The notes under the pieces are model-generated. The model did no database searches. It worked only from the letters and a program-made list of their open reading frames with translations, and was not told the origin of the DNA. A program made the translations under genes and the position numbers. A DNA stretch of 64,000 bases from Octopus sinensis (taxonomy: Eukaryota), in contig NC_043002.1 in the NCBI RefSeq assembly GCF_006345805.1, positions 109,802,001 through 109,866,000 on the forward strand. Reading direction: 5' to 3'. Below, in pieces: positions 1-12,329 of the stretch. The stretch's first letter is position 1; every line of letters starts with the position of its first letter.

Positions 1-342
1 AAAAGAACGCTGGTCTCCTTGACAACGCTTTACGACGTTGATTTCTTACACTCCTTCCCCACAGCTTCACGAGGAGGGAAGAAGGGGGAAGAAGCAAACA
101 CAGGTGCAGGTGTAACCATGGACGCCAACTCCGCCGCCATCGACACACGAAAAGTTTGCATTAAAATGGAATAAAAAATTATGTTAAATTATTTTTAACG
201 TTAATACCCAGAAGGGCTCGATATTAATCACGACTATAAGATACCCGAATTTGGTTAAACTGCACCGCAAAATGTGGGAGGAGTTAGGAATCTAAATCGT
301 AGGAGACAGACACTCACACAACTACAGTTTTATATATATAGA
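1..342 (-). mobile_element. Non-autonomous Helitron, family H1 (5' part; runs off the window)
   Basis: Reverse complement starts A|TCTATATATATAAAACTGTAG and matches complete copies at 30180-30675 and 37679-38190. Confidence 0.75.
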
Positions 343-986
343 TTTTGTGTTAAAGTCGTATTTGGGTAATTTCAACCAATCAACGATGTGTATTCGGTTG
401 AGGAAAGCTACTGCTGTGTGCGATAGTAATCAAAGTGGAACAACTTCCGGGTCATCTTTACTAAATGTCATCACTCTGTTCTATCCGTACGGCGAGTGAA
501 GACGATGTCACCCTTATCCTTTCTTCCTTTCTAGTCATCACCGGGCATTCCTTCTCTACTATCAACTAGCAACCAGCGAGGGAACTTGTCACCGCCACTA
601 CAATTACTGTATTTTCCGGTGTAGAAGCCGCTATTTGTTTTGTTTTACCTTCATGTTTTGATAATGCTTTCGTTTATCTAATAAAGACTTTTATACTGAC
701 AAAATGTGTTTGTTGTTGATTATAGTAAGATAAACTCATGACAACAGCAATACATCTCAAAGTTGTAAAATAAGGCATTTTGAAACTACATATACGTCAA
801 CAACAAAAAAGCTAGCTGCGAATTCGTTGCTCTGTGGATCTTTGGACAGAGTGGTGACATTTAGTTGAGATGAACCAGAAGCTGTTCCTCTTCGATTACT
901 ATCGTAAACAGCAGTAGCTTCCTTCAACCGAATACACGTCATTGATTGGTTGAAATTACCCAAATACGACAAGTTTAACACGAAAT
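343..986. mobile_element. Foldback/MITE-like element with ~140-bp imperfect terminal inverted repeats
   Basis: 343-480 (tgtgttaaagtcgtatttgggtaatttcaaccaatca...) is the reverse complement of 844-986 (...ttgaaattacccaaatacgacaagtttaacac); non-coding core with AATAAA. Confidence 0.6.
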
Positions 987-1311
987 AACTTCTAAAATAC
1001 GAAATTTTGTCAAAAACGTTCAGAGTAAATCGTGTTCTACGTTAGAAAATTCTACCAGTATTCGAAGTTTCAAACTGTTTAGTTTTTTAAAAAATTAATT
1101 AAAATAACTGTTACTGAAATGGAATAGATCCGCACTCCCTTTATTATCTCGACGAGTGTCACCTCCACCGGTTCAAATTATTTAAGTTTGATATGCGGTT
1201 GGCCCATCATTGATTTCCTTTTGCACGCCTTAAGACCTAAAGAGACAAAGTACAAACAATAAGCCCATCTCGTACTTTTAGACCTATCAAGTTCACTAAC
1301 AAAAAATAGGC

Positions 1312-1386
1312 TCTCTTTCTTTCTTTTACTCTTTACTCTTTTACTTGTTTCAGTCATTTGACTGCGGCCATGCTGGAGCACCGCCT
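1312..1386 (-). mobile_element. SINE family A, 3' fragment
   Basis: gtttcagtcatttgactgcggccatgctggagcaccgcc plus the (tactctt)n tail shared with full copies. Confidence 0.8.
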
Positions 1387-1489
1387 CTCACCGAACATTT
1401 CTGAAATCTAAGTATATGTTCTATAATGCTCCTCAGACTTTCCCTTGGATTCCTCCGTAGCTTGAATAACAGAATAAATTATTTACAAT

Positions 1490-2050
1490 TTACAATTTAC
1501 CGGAATCACCGTTGATAAGAATCTTAAATGGAACAAAATATTGAACCTTCAGGCAAAATATCCGGTGCTTTTGACAACTTATCTCACGCAGAAAATAATT
1601 TTTCTATACATAAGTCTACTAAACAAATATCCGTGTTTTATTAGTTGCTATGTAAACTATATTTTGTGGAGGTCATCCTAGAAAAATCGAAAGCTTACAA
1701 AGAAAAGCGCCGAGATTAGTTTTAAACCAGAAAATATCCAGCTCTGGACAAATCGTGTTTTAAAGCTGTCAGGCATGTATACACACTTGTATAAATCAAA
1801 ATATACAATAACTTTGTCTTGGCAGTTTGCCTAAAATTTCGTTAGCGCCGGAGTTATTAAAAAACAGTGATAAGAGCCAATACAATAAGTCATGTATACG
1901 TAATGGAAACCACGTTGATATGTCTCATGTAAACAATCTTTCAAGCGTTACTCCTAAGATGAGAGCATTTAGAGAAAACATTCCTTTAGTTCTCAATAAA
2001 ATGAAAAATTATAAATATCATCCATATAACATAATTAAAATAGCATCTCA
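1490..2050 (+). pseudogene. Highly degenerate CR1/L2/Jockey-group LINE RT C-terminal relic
   Basis: Broken frames give FTGITVDKNLKWN and KIESLQRKAPRLV, resembling the LINE motifs LG.T.D.KL.WN.HI and KLERIQRRATRL; many frameshifts. Confidence 0.35.
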
Positions 2051-2547
2051 TATTAAAACAGAATTTATCATTTCCTACTTGTCTAATTCCATCATGTTAT
2101 ACCTGCCATGTTTTTATTTTATGTTAATTAATCTACACGGCATGATAAATAGATAATAGCTTCTCTTTTGAGCAGATCACTACTTTATAAGACCATCTTC
2201 CGTAATTGATGCATCTTTTCTGCTGCTCTTTCAGTCAAAGACACCGGCAGGGGTCCTTCATGCGCCCCTGCAGCCTACTTTAACCTTTGACCATAAATGT
2301 TATGTTTTCTTTAGAACATAGATTTTGCGTAATTTTGTGAAAGAAATAAATAGTAATTAAGTTATATTTAAATCTATGTGCGCATGCATAGACATATACA
2401 TACATACGTTCATGCATACACACACACACAAACTCACTCACTAACACACATACGTTTGTGTGTGCGTGTGTGTGTGTGTGTGTGGTATATACATATGTGA
2501 ATGGACAAGCGAATGAAAGAGGCACTCAACACATTTACCAGAAATTA

Positions 2548-2954
2548 TACTCTTTTACTTGTTTCAGTCATTTGACTGCGGCCATGCTGGAGCACCGCCT
2601 TTAATCGAGCAAATCGACCCCCGGGACTTATTCTTTGTAAGCCCAGTACTCATTCTATCGGTCTCTTTTGCCGAACCGCTAAGTGACGGGGACGTAAACA
2701 CACCAGCATCGGTTGTCAAGCAATGCTAGGGGGACAAACGCAGACACACAAACATATACACACACACTTATATATATATACATATATACGGCAGGCTTCT
2801 TTCAGTTTCCGTCTACCAAATCCACTCACAAGGCATTGGTCGGCCCGGGGCTATAGCAGAAGACATTTGCCCAAGGTGCCACGCAGTGGGACTGAACCCG
2901 GAACCATGTGGCTGGTTAGCAAGCTACTTACCACACTGCCACTCCTGCGCCTAT
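2548..2954 (-). mobile_element. tRNA-derived SINE family A, full length
   Basis: Head ataggcgcaggagtggcagtgtggtaag with B-box gggttcagtcc, central (TA/TG)n, 3' aagtaaaagagta tail; more than 10 copies in the window. Confidence 0.9.
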
Positions 2955-2984
2955 ATAAATGACTTCTCCCGTCGAAGATGACGA

Positions 2985-3270
2985 ACGAGCGCTCAGCTTT
3001 TGCCGAACTGCCATCACAAAACGAATTGTTTCCAGCGATCAAATGTCCGTGTCACACATTAATTCACTTTCGCCATCAAATCGACTTATATATATATATA
3101 TATATATGGACAGGTGAGCGGTGCATTAAACGCCAGGTGTGGAAGCGATCGCAGAGCAACGTGAGATGAAGCGTTTTTGCTCAAGAACACAACGCACCAC
3201 CCGGACTAGGAATTGAAATCACGCTCGCTAAACCTTGAGTGCAACACCCTACCCACTAAGCCATGCGTGA
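2985..3270 (-). mobile_element. tRNA-derived SINE family D
   Basis: Head tggcttagtgggtaggg and core ttgagcaaaaacgcttcatctcacgttg; homologous to 18590-18810 and the head at 30990-31090. Confidence 0.65.
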
Positions 3271-3296
3271 TCACACACACACACATCCATATATCT

Positions 3297-3673
3297 GGCG
3301 AGCTGGCAGAAACGTTAGCACGCCGGGCGAAATGCGTAGCCGTATTTCGTCTGTCGTTACGTTGTGAGTTCAAATTCTGCCGAGGTCGACTTTGCCTTTC
3401 ATCCTTTCGGGGTCGATAAATAAAGTACCAGTAACGCACTGGGGTCGATGTAATCGACTTAATCCGTTTGTCTGTCCTTGTTTATCCCCTCTGTGTTTAG
3501 CCCCTTGTGGGTAGTAAAGAAATAGAAATAGGTATTCCGTTAGCCTTTCATCCTTTCGGGGTCGATTAAATAAGTACCAGTTACGCACTGGGGTCGATAT
3601 AATCGACTTAATTTTTTTGTCTGTCCTTGTTCATCCCCTCTGTGTTTAGCCCCTTGTGGGTAGTAAAGAAATA
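3297..3673 (+). mobile_element. SINE family C with duplicated 3' unit
   Basis: ggcgagctggcagaaacgttagcacgccgggcg head, gagttcaaattc B-box, gcctttcatcctttcggggtcgat core, aaagaaata end; second partial unit. Confidence 0.85.
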
Positions 3674-3907
3674 TATCTGTATGTAAGGAATGGTCTGCTT
3701 GTATAAATAGAGATGTTGGTTGATAGTGTGTTGAGAGGACTTCACAAGGAAATGGTGATAATGCGTCTCGAGTGCAGGAGATAAAACTTGGCAGAATAAC
3801 AGAAAATGTCACTTTCATTTTCTATTTTCACTTTCATTTTAATTAATTAATTAATTACATTTTTAATAAATAGAGACTGATTGGCATTTTGTGTGCGTCT
3901 GTGTGTG

Positions 3908-4153
3908 TATACTCTTTTACTCTTTACTCTTTTACTTGTTTCAGTCATTTGACTGCGGCCATGCTGGAGCACCGCCTTTAGTCGAGCAAATCGACCCCGG
4001 GATTTATTCTTTGTAAGCCCAGTACTTATTCTATCAGTCTCTTTTGCCGAACCGCTAAGTGACGGGGACGTAACCACACCAGCATCGGTTGTCAAGCAAT
4101 GCTAGGGGGAAAACACAGACACACAAACACACACACATACATATATATATATA
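3908..4153 (-). mobile_element. SINE family A, 3' half (ends in the central TA microsatellite at a Helitron junction)
   Basis: Matches the family A 3' half; the complementary 5' half lies at 8359-8571. Confidence 0.85.
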
Positions 4154-5190
4154 TCTTATTATAAAAGGCAGATTTTATCTGCCTCCCTTTGGGAGTTATA
4201 CAAATCTACAATATAGGATTTCTTCAATTACAATTTACCTAGCAGTTTTAAGAGTACAATGCATCGCGTCATGCCAGGTCCAGTTTTTAAAATTTAAACT
4301 CCAATTAAGCAAAATTTACAGAAAACTCACATTCTGGTGTGTGTGTCAAATGCTTTTCTTAGTCTGGTTTACACCACACGCAAACGCACACACACACAAA
4401 GGGAGCGAATTGTTTCACTGACGCTATCACCCTTCTCCTCCTTTGTCTTTGCAAGTTGGCAGCTATTAAAGTGAAAACAGTGAATCCGACAGCGATTAAG
4501 AAAATGAATTGGTACCTGAATGGAGTGAAAATTTAAAAACTGTTTCTTTCGGTGATTTTTCTGAAGAAACTGGACCAAGCCACAGACTTTCCCAGAAGAG
4601 TAAAGCCTTACACTATTTCTATTTACTTTTTCGAATGAGCCCATTGAAATCATTACGGCAGAAACGAACTGTTACGCTAAACGTAAACAAAACGAAAGAA
4701 AGAAACGATTAGTTTGTTATTTCCCACAACCTTAAATGAAATTAAGGCCTATTTTGCCATAAATTTATTATGGGTATCAGGAAAGTTACCCAGAATAACA
4801 AATTCTATCGTAAAATTTTGTTGTATACCCAATTGAATATTAGCTAATAACCCATTTTCTATAGCGATGTTGAACAAAATTTTAATAATTTTACAGAAAG
4901 TTACCCCGAATAACAAACGAGCCCTTCTGGGTATTAGCGCACGTCTACGATGAGTCTACGATTTAAAAAAAATTACGATCATATTTTTCCATTTTAATGC
5001 ATTTTTTTCGCTTTTATATAAGGGAAGTAACTCTCTAAAAATATCTACGATGTGTCAACGATTTAAGAAAAAATTTACCTTATTTTTTTTCAATTTTTAA
5101 TGCATTTCTTTGCTATTTTTTGCTATAACTCTAAAATGCTTATATAGTTATTTCCCTTACAAACCGAGCAACGCCGGGCGATACTGCTAG
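4154..5190 (+). mobile_element. Non-autonomous Helitron H1, long form, copy 1
   Basis: A|TC start, subterminal hairpin ccgagcaacgccggg, CTAG end, no TSD. Confidence 0.85.
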
Positions 5191-6231
5191 TCTCTATTAT
5201 AAAAGGCAGATTTTATCTGCCTCCCTTTGGGAGTTATACAAATCTACAATATAGGATTTCTTCAATTACAATTTACCTAGCAGTTTTAAGAGTACAATGC
5301 ATCGCGTCATGCCAGGTCCAGTTTTTAAAATTTAAACTCCAATAAGCAAAATTTACAGAAAACTCACATTCTGGTGTGTGTGTCAAACGCTTTTCTTAGT
5401 CTGGTTTACACCACACGCAAACGCACACACACACAAAGGGAGCGAATGTTTCACTGACGCTATCACCTTTCTCCTCCTTTGTCTTTGCAAGTTGGCAGCT
5501 ATTAAAGTGAAAACAGTGAATCCGACAGCGATTAAGAACACGAATTAGCACCTGAATGGAGTGAAAATTTAAAAACTGTTTCTTTCGGTGATTTTTCTGA
5601 AGAATCTGCACCAAGCCACAGACTTTCCCAGAAGAGTAAAGCCTTAGACTATTTCTATTTACTTTTTCGAATGAGCCCATTTGAAATCATTACGGCAGAA
5701 ACGAACTGTTACGCTAAACGTAAACAAAACGAAAGAAACGATAGTTTGTTATTTCCCACAACCTTAAATGAAATTAAGGCCTATTTTACCATAAATATTA
5801 TTATGGGTATCAGAAAGTTACCCAGAATAACAAATTCTATCGTAAAATTTTGTTGTATACCCAATTGAAATTAGCTAATAACCCATTTTCTATAGCGATG
5901 TTTGAACAAAATTTTAATAATTTTACAGAAAGTTACCCAGAATAACAAACGAGCCCTTCTGGGTATTAGCGCGCGTCTACGATGAGTCTACGATTTAAAA
6001 AAAAAATTACCATCATATTTTTCATTTTAATGCATTTTTTTCGCTTTTATATAAGGGAAAGGAAGTAACTCTCTAAAAATATCTACGATGTGTCAACGAT
6101 TTAAAGAAAAATTTACCTTAATTTTTTTCAATTTTTAATGCATTTTTTTGCTACTTTTTGGCTATAACTCTCTAAAAATGCTTATTATTTATTTCCCTTA
6201 CAACCCGAGCAACGCCGGGCGATACTGCTAG
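5191..6231 (+). mobile_element. Non-autonomous Helitron H1, long form, copy 2 (head-to-tail with copy 1)
   Basis: Junction ...gatactgCTAG|TCtctattataaaaggcag; ends CTAG|T; near-identical to 4154-5190. Confidence 0.85.
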
Positions 6232-6399
6232 TAGTTAATATAAATGCATACATAAATTTGTATTTATATACACACAAAAATTACATTCATATAAGTATAT
6301 ATACGCAAACATGCATATATATATTTGGACATGATATACATATAAATATATACGTGTATATATGATGTGTAGATGTATATACATACATATATATATACA

Positions 6400-6429
<30 letters not shown>

Positions 6430-6430
<1 letters not shown>

Positions 6431-6690
6431 GTGGGGAATTCTGTCTGTGGATGTCTTTGCGGAGTTGTTAGCTAACTCCTCCTACATCGTTGTATCAATT
6501 TTGATGAAACTTGACACGTGGGTAGAACTCATGTCTGAAAAACTCATGGCATACTCAGATTGTTGAAAAATCAATAATAGGGCCCCTAGAAAGGATCCGT
6601 ATATGTATCTAATATAGTTTACTTTAAAAAAAACAAGGGAAATAACCCACTCATTTTCCTAAAATATTTGGTAAAAATTAAATTGAGTAT
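6430..6690 (+). mobile_element. Fragment of Helitron-like family H2
   Basis: ctcctcctacatc...attttgatgaaacttg...ctcatgtctg is homologous, inverted, to 62340-62590. Confidence 0.55.
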
Positions 6691-6696
6691 GCCTTG

Positions 6697-6985
6697 TCAG
6701 TGGATTTGGTAGCGGAAACTGAAAAAAGCCCGTCGTATGTATGTATATGTTTGTGTGTCTGTGTTTGTCCCCCCCCCTCACCCCCCTCACACCCCCCAAA
6801 AAAAACAGCGCTTGACAACCGATTGTGGTGTGTTTACGTTCCCGAAACTTGGCGGTTCAGGAAAAGAGACCGATAGAATAATTACTAAGCTTACAAAGAA
6901 TAAGTCCTGGGTTCGATTTGCTCGACTAAAGGCGGTGCTCCAGCATGGCGGCAATCAAATGACTGAAATAAGTAAAAGAGAAGAG
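6697..6985 (+). mobile_element. SINE family A, 5'-truncated
   Basis: gtggatttggtagcggaaactgaaa...gtgctccagcatggc...aagtaaaagag. Confidence 0.8.
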
Positions 6986-7169
6986 TATGTGTGTGTGTGT
7001 GTGTGTGTGTGTGTAGTCAAGTTTTGACTGCTATCTCTAGCATGGTAGTATCTTTTAGATACCCTTAATTATAATTTTAATAATAATTATTACCTATAAA
7101 GTTTTTATTCCCATGCTGGCCACTTGATATGATCGGTATTTTAAACGACGATCTTGTCTTTATTTATAT

Positions 7170-7200
<31 letters not shown>

Positions 7201-7201
<1 letters not shown>

Positions 7202-7443
7202 CTTATTATAAAAGGCAGATTTTATCTGCCTCCCTTTGGGAGTTATACAAATCTACAATATAGCATTTCTTCAATTACAATTTACCTAGCAGTTTTAAGA
7301 GTACAATGCATCGCGTCATGCCAGGTCCAGTTTTTAAAATTTAAACTCCAATTAAGCAGAATTTACAGAAAACTCACATTCTGGTGTGTGTGTCAAATGC
7401 TTTTCTTAGTCTGGTTTACACCACACTCAAACGCACACACACA
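7201..7443 (+). mobile_element. Helitron H1 long form, 5' fragment
   Basis: A|TCttattataaaaggcag, near-identical to the first ~240 bp of 4154-5190. Confidence 0.8.
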
Positions 7444-7645
7444 GTGGGCAACGAATAAATGAAAGTAAATGTAATATTTGTTTCTGTCTATCACGCTGAT
7501 AGATACATGAGTAAAATGTATGGGAAGCTAACAGATAACAGTGAGTGAAAATGTTCTTGGAAGAGAGTAAATTAGCGACAGTGATTTGAGGAAGACTAAA
7601 CTGAAACTATGAAACAGTGTTTAGTATAAACAGACGACACTTATA

Positions 7646-7965
7646 TAAACCCTTTCGTTACCAAACCGCCCGATTTACCTATTCATATTTAAATGAGAAT
7701 ATCAGAGTAAATCTCTTTAGTACATTCGTGAAAACACGTATTATACTTCGTAAACACTTCAAATACAGTTTGTACAAAAATCGAAGTGTAATTTTAATTC
7801 CGTGAATTATGGAGATTTTTTTCCGAAATTTGTTCCTATTTGTTTTCAAAATTTGTAATTCTGACAAAAAATGGATACGAATTTCATTATATCAGCAGCG
7901 AGTCAGAATTCGAAGGATTTTCTACTGAAGACCTTCATAAATCTAACTCTATGACTGAAAAAAAA
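7646..7965 (+). mobile_element. Possible piggyBac-like 5' fragment
   Basis: Starts aaccctttcgttacc (piggyBac-like CCCTT terminus); encodes the acidic motif SSESEFEGFSTED typical of piggyBac N-termini; no 3' TIR seen. Confidence 0.35.
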
Positions 7966-7969
7966 AGCA

Positions 7970-8358
7970 TCTTATATAAGAGTGAAGTGTGTGTCTGTCC
8001 CCTTCGATTTACATTCGTAATTACTCCCACATTTTGCGGTGCAGTTTAACCAAAAGCGGGTATATTATAGTCGTGAGTGATTCATATCGAGCCCTTCTGG
8101 GTATTAGCGCGCGTCTACGATGAGTCTACGATTTTTAAAAAATTTACCATCATATTTTTCCATTTTAATGCATTTTTTCGCTTTATATAAGGGAAGTAAC
8201 TCTCTAAAATATCTACGATGTGTCAACGATTTAAAAAAATTTACCTTAATTTTTTTCAATTTTTAATGCATTTTTTTGCTATTTTTGGCTATAACTCTCT
8301 AAAATGCTTATATAGTTATTTCCCTTACAACCCGAGCAACGCCGGGCGATACTGCTAG
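7970..8358 (+). mobile_element. Non-autonomous Helitron H1, short form
   Basis: A|TC...hairpin...CTAG|T. Confidence 0.85.
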
Positions 8359-8571
8359 TATATATATATATATATATATGATATATATATATATATATAC
8401 ATATATACGACGGGCTTCTTCAGTTTCCGTCTACCAAATCCACTCACAAGGCCATTGGTCGGCCCGGGGCTATAGCAGAAGACACTTGCCCAAGATGCCA
8501 CGCAGTAGGACTGAACCCGGAACCATGTGGTTGGTTAGCAAGCTACTTACCACACAGCCACTCCTGCGCCT
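8359..8571 (-). mobile_element. SINE family A, 5' half
   Basis: TA microsatellite followed by acgacgggcttctt...ctcctgcgcctat. Confidence 0.85.
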
Positions 8572-8584
8572 ATGCATTCATTTT

Positions 8585-8988
8585 ATTTCTTTTACTCTTT
8601 TACTTGTTTCAGTCATTCGACTGCGGCCATGCTGGAGCACAACCTTTAGTCAAACAAATCAAACACACCACTTTTTTTGTAAGCTTAGTACTTATTCTAT
8701 CGGTATCTTTTGTCGAACCGCTAAGTTACGGGGACATAAACGCACCAACATCGGTCGTCAAACGATGGTGGGGTGGAGACAAATACAGACACACTAATAC
8801 ATACATATATGTATGTATGTGTATATACGGCGGGATTCTTTCAGTTTCCGTCTACCAAATCCACTCACAAGGCTCTGGTCAGCCCGAGGCTAAAGTAGAA
8901 GACACTTGCCCAAGGTGCCACGCAGTGGGACTGAACCCGGAACGATGTGGTTGGGAAGCAAGGTTTTTACCACACAGCATTCCTGCAT
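8585..8988 (-). mobile_element. SINE family A, diverged copy
   Basis: Colinear with the family A consensus, with more substitutions. Confidence 0.85.
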
Positions 8989-8996
8989 TATATCTA

Positions 8997-9104
8997 TGTG
9001 TAATAATAATAATAATAATAATAATAATTATAATAATATATACTATAATATATATATATAATATATATACATAGGTATATATATATTATACCATATATAT
9101 ATAC

Positions 9105-9142
<38 letters not shown>

Positions 9143-9245
9143 GTATAGTAATATATATATAGATATATATATACATATGTAATATATATATATATATATA
9201 TATACATATGTATATATATATATATTATATATACATATGTATAGC

Positions 9246-9276
<31 letters not shown>

Positions 9277-9365
9277 TGTATATATATCTATTTATATATA
9301 TATATATATACATATGTATATATATATATATTATATATACATATGTATATATATATATAATATAC

Positions 9366-9405
<40 letters not shown>

Positions 9406-9497
9406 TATTGTATATATATATATATAATATACAAATGTTATATATATCTATATATATATATATATACATATGTATATATATATATATACATATGTAT

Positions 9498-9528
<31 letters not shown>

Positions 9529-9708
9529 GTATATATATTATATAATATATATATATACATAGTATATATATATATATATATATACATATGTATTATATAT
9601 ATATAGATTACATATGTATATATATATAATACAGATGTATGGTCTATATATATATATATATAATATATATATATTAGATACATAGGATGTATATATATAT
9701 ATATATAT

Positions 9709-9739
<31 letters not shown>

Positions 9740-9940
9740 CATATATAGTTATATATATATATTATATATATATATATAATATATATACTAGTGTATATAT
9801 ATATATATATATAATACACATATGTATATATATTATATAGATATATCTATATAATATGTATATATATATATATATATATCTATATAAATATGTCGATAGA
9901 TAGATAGATAGATAGATAGTATATATATATACTATATATA

Positions 9941-9984
<44 letters not shown>

Positions 9985-10030
9985 GTTGTATATATATTAT
10001 ATTATATAATATATATATATATATAATATT
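8997..10030. repeat. ~1 kb degenerate (TA)n microsatellite
   Basis: Almost pure TA/TACATATG repeats. Confidence 0.95.
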
Positions 10031-10049
10031 GACCGCTAATTCCAAAAGT

Positions 10050-10195
10050 TTTTTTCTCTCTCTCTGTTTATTTCTGATGAAGAGTGTGGGCTCGAAACGT
10101 AAAAACTTGCTCACCTCCCTAGCGCCAAACTAATACACCTGTTCGCTGTTTATACACCTGTCTTCGTCTTTTGTTTTTCTGTAAATTCCAACCAT
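10050..10195 (+). mobile_element. Penelope-like pLTR-derived repeat fragment
   Basis: ctgatgaagag...ctcgaaacgtaaaa...ctaatacacctg...cttcgtcttttg; related minus-strand copies at 34690-34790, 52095-52295 and 63915-64000. Confidence 0.55.
10071..10104 (+). ncRNA. Minimal type I hammerhead ribozyme motif
   Basis: UUU-CUGAUGA-A-GAG(UGUGGG)CUC-GAAAC-GUA-AAA: intact core, palindromic ACGU stem III, 3-bp stem I. Confidence 0.6.
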
Positions 10196-10469
10196 ATGCA
10201 TACATATATCACACACACACACATACACACACACACATATATATCGCATAAAATAAAATAAAGTATAGGGTTTATGATATAACGATTATTCCATGATTTA
10301 CAACCGTTTCAACAACTTGCAGGTGACTAACCATATATCATGTCTAAAGACATTGATGATAGCAGCGATTTAGTTATGTAAGTTATACAATGTGTACGAT
10401 AACCTCTCTATATATTAATATATATGCATACCATATTATACTACATACACATATATACATTATATATAT

Positions 10470-10512
<43 letters not shown>

Positions 10513-10528
10513 TATATATATGTATATC

Positions 10529-10587
10529 TATGTCTATCACTGTTTGAGTTGCCTAATAGTGTTTTTATCTCTAATTTTATATATATG

Positions 10588-10618
<31 letters not shown>

Positions 10619-10672
10619 AATTAAATTAGAGATAAAAACCACTATTAGGCAACTCAAACAGTGATAGACATA
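10529..10672. repeat. Inverted repeat (~48-bp arms) with TA-rich loop
   Basis: tatgtctatcactgtttgagttgcctaatagt...ctctaattt pairs with aaattagagataaaaaccactattaggcaactcaaacagtgatagacata. Confidence 0.85.
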
Positions 10673-10752
10673 ATCCAAAACATAAAAACACAAAAAATAA
10701 ATATAATTAATATAGTATATAATATATAAGTTTGGATATACTCCCTAATATT

Positions 10753-10802
<50 letters not shown>

Positions 10803-10928
10803 TACATATATGTATATATTTAAAAGCCTGTAATCACTTTTACGTGACTGTTCCATGCAGAACAAGTGTCAGGTTTAAAACCAGCTACTTAAGCTTGTTA
10901 TGTTGTTATGTATATATATATATATATA

Positions 10929-11545
10929 TATTTGCCATTTTATGTGGCTAACCCTGAAGGGTGGATGCTACTGTAGCTCGTAGCCCCAGGAGGACACGTC
11001 CTCCAGCTGGCTATTAACACACTTTCTGTGTCCGCTCAGAGATTTATTATTGTTTGTTTCCACTTTTTCGAGATCTCTGAGCGACGTATAAACGGTAGCT
11101 GCACGACATTGTGAATATATTTGCCACTTAAATATGGCTAACCCTTAAGGGTGGATGCTACTGTAGGTTGTAGCCCCCGAGGAAGACATCTACAGCTGGC
11201 TATTGACACACTTTCTGTGCCCTATTAGTATTTGCAAAGGGAAGCCATCCTTTCCATCTTCAACCTGACATGATACAAACGGACCCGAGTTTCTGGGTAT
11301 TGACCCGCCATAAGCATTTGAGAATCACCGGTTGTCGATGTGAAGTGGTTCCAGATGCAAATATATATATCCGTTTTCCATTGACGAAAAGTCACTGATC
11401 TCGAAAAAGTGGAAACAAACAATAATAAATCTCTGAGCGGACACAGAAAGTGTGTTAATAGCCAGCTGGAGGAGGTGTCCTCCTGGGGCTACGAGCTACA
11501 GTAGCATCCAGCCTTAAGGGTTAGCCACATTAAATGGCAAATATA
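10929..11545. mobile_element. MITE with ~146-bp TIRs in a TA context
   Basis: 10929-11075 is the reverse complement of 11397-11545; an internal third diverged TIR copy lies at ~11117-11220. Confidence 0.75.
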
Positions 11546-11630
11546 CTTTTTACTAATATTATATTTATATATATATATATATATATATATGTAATCATAT
11601 GTATATATATTTATATATATTATATATATT

Positions 11631-12148
<518 letters not shown>

Positions 12149-12329
12149 GACACATATCTACATATATGATATGTATGTACAAATTTGAGAAAATGATTTT
12201 TAAAAAAGTAATAATCATTTATCTTTTATCTTTTTCCTTTTTACTGGTTTCAGCCAGAGGCTGGGGCCATGCTGGAGCACTGCTTTTCAGTGTGTTCGGG
12301 TGTCTTTTCTCTACTGTTTCGTTGAAGTC

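Noticed and set aside
1827-2156. 109-aa ORF as a host gene
   Set aside because: Non-ATG start, no recognisable domain or splice sites; contiguous with a degenerate LINE relic.
2723-2962. Recurrent ORFs such as MLGGQTQTH... and MVVIPAVL...
   Set aside because: These are translations of SINE families A and B, repeated at every copy.
8994-10624. Many I/Y-rich ORFs (also at 33554-34251, 43064-43486, 58180-58895, 59020-59465)
   Set aside because: Translations of TA/CA microsatellites; no coding signal.
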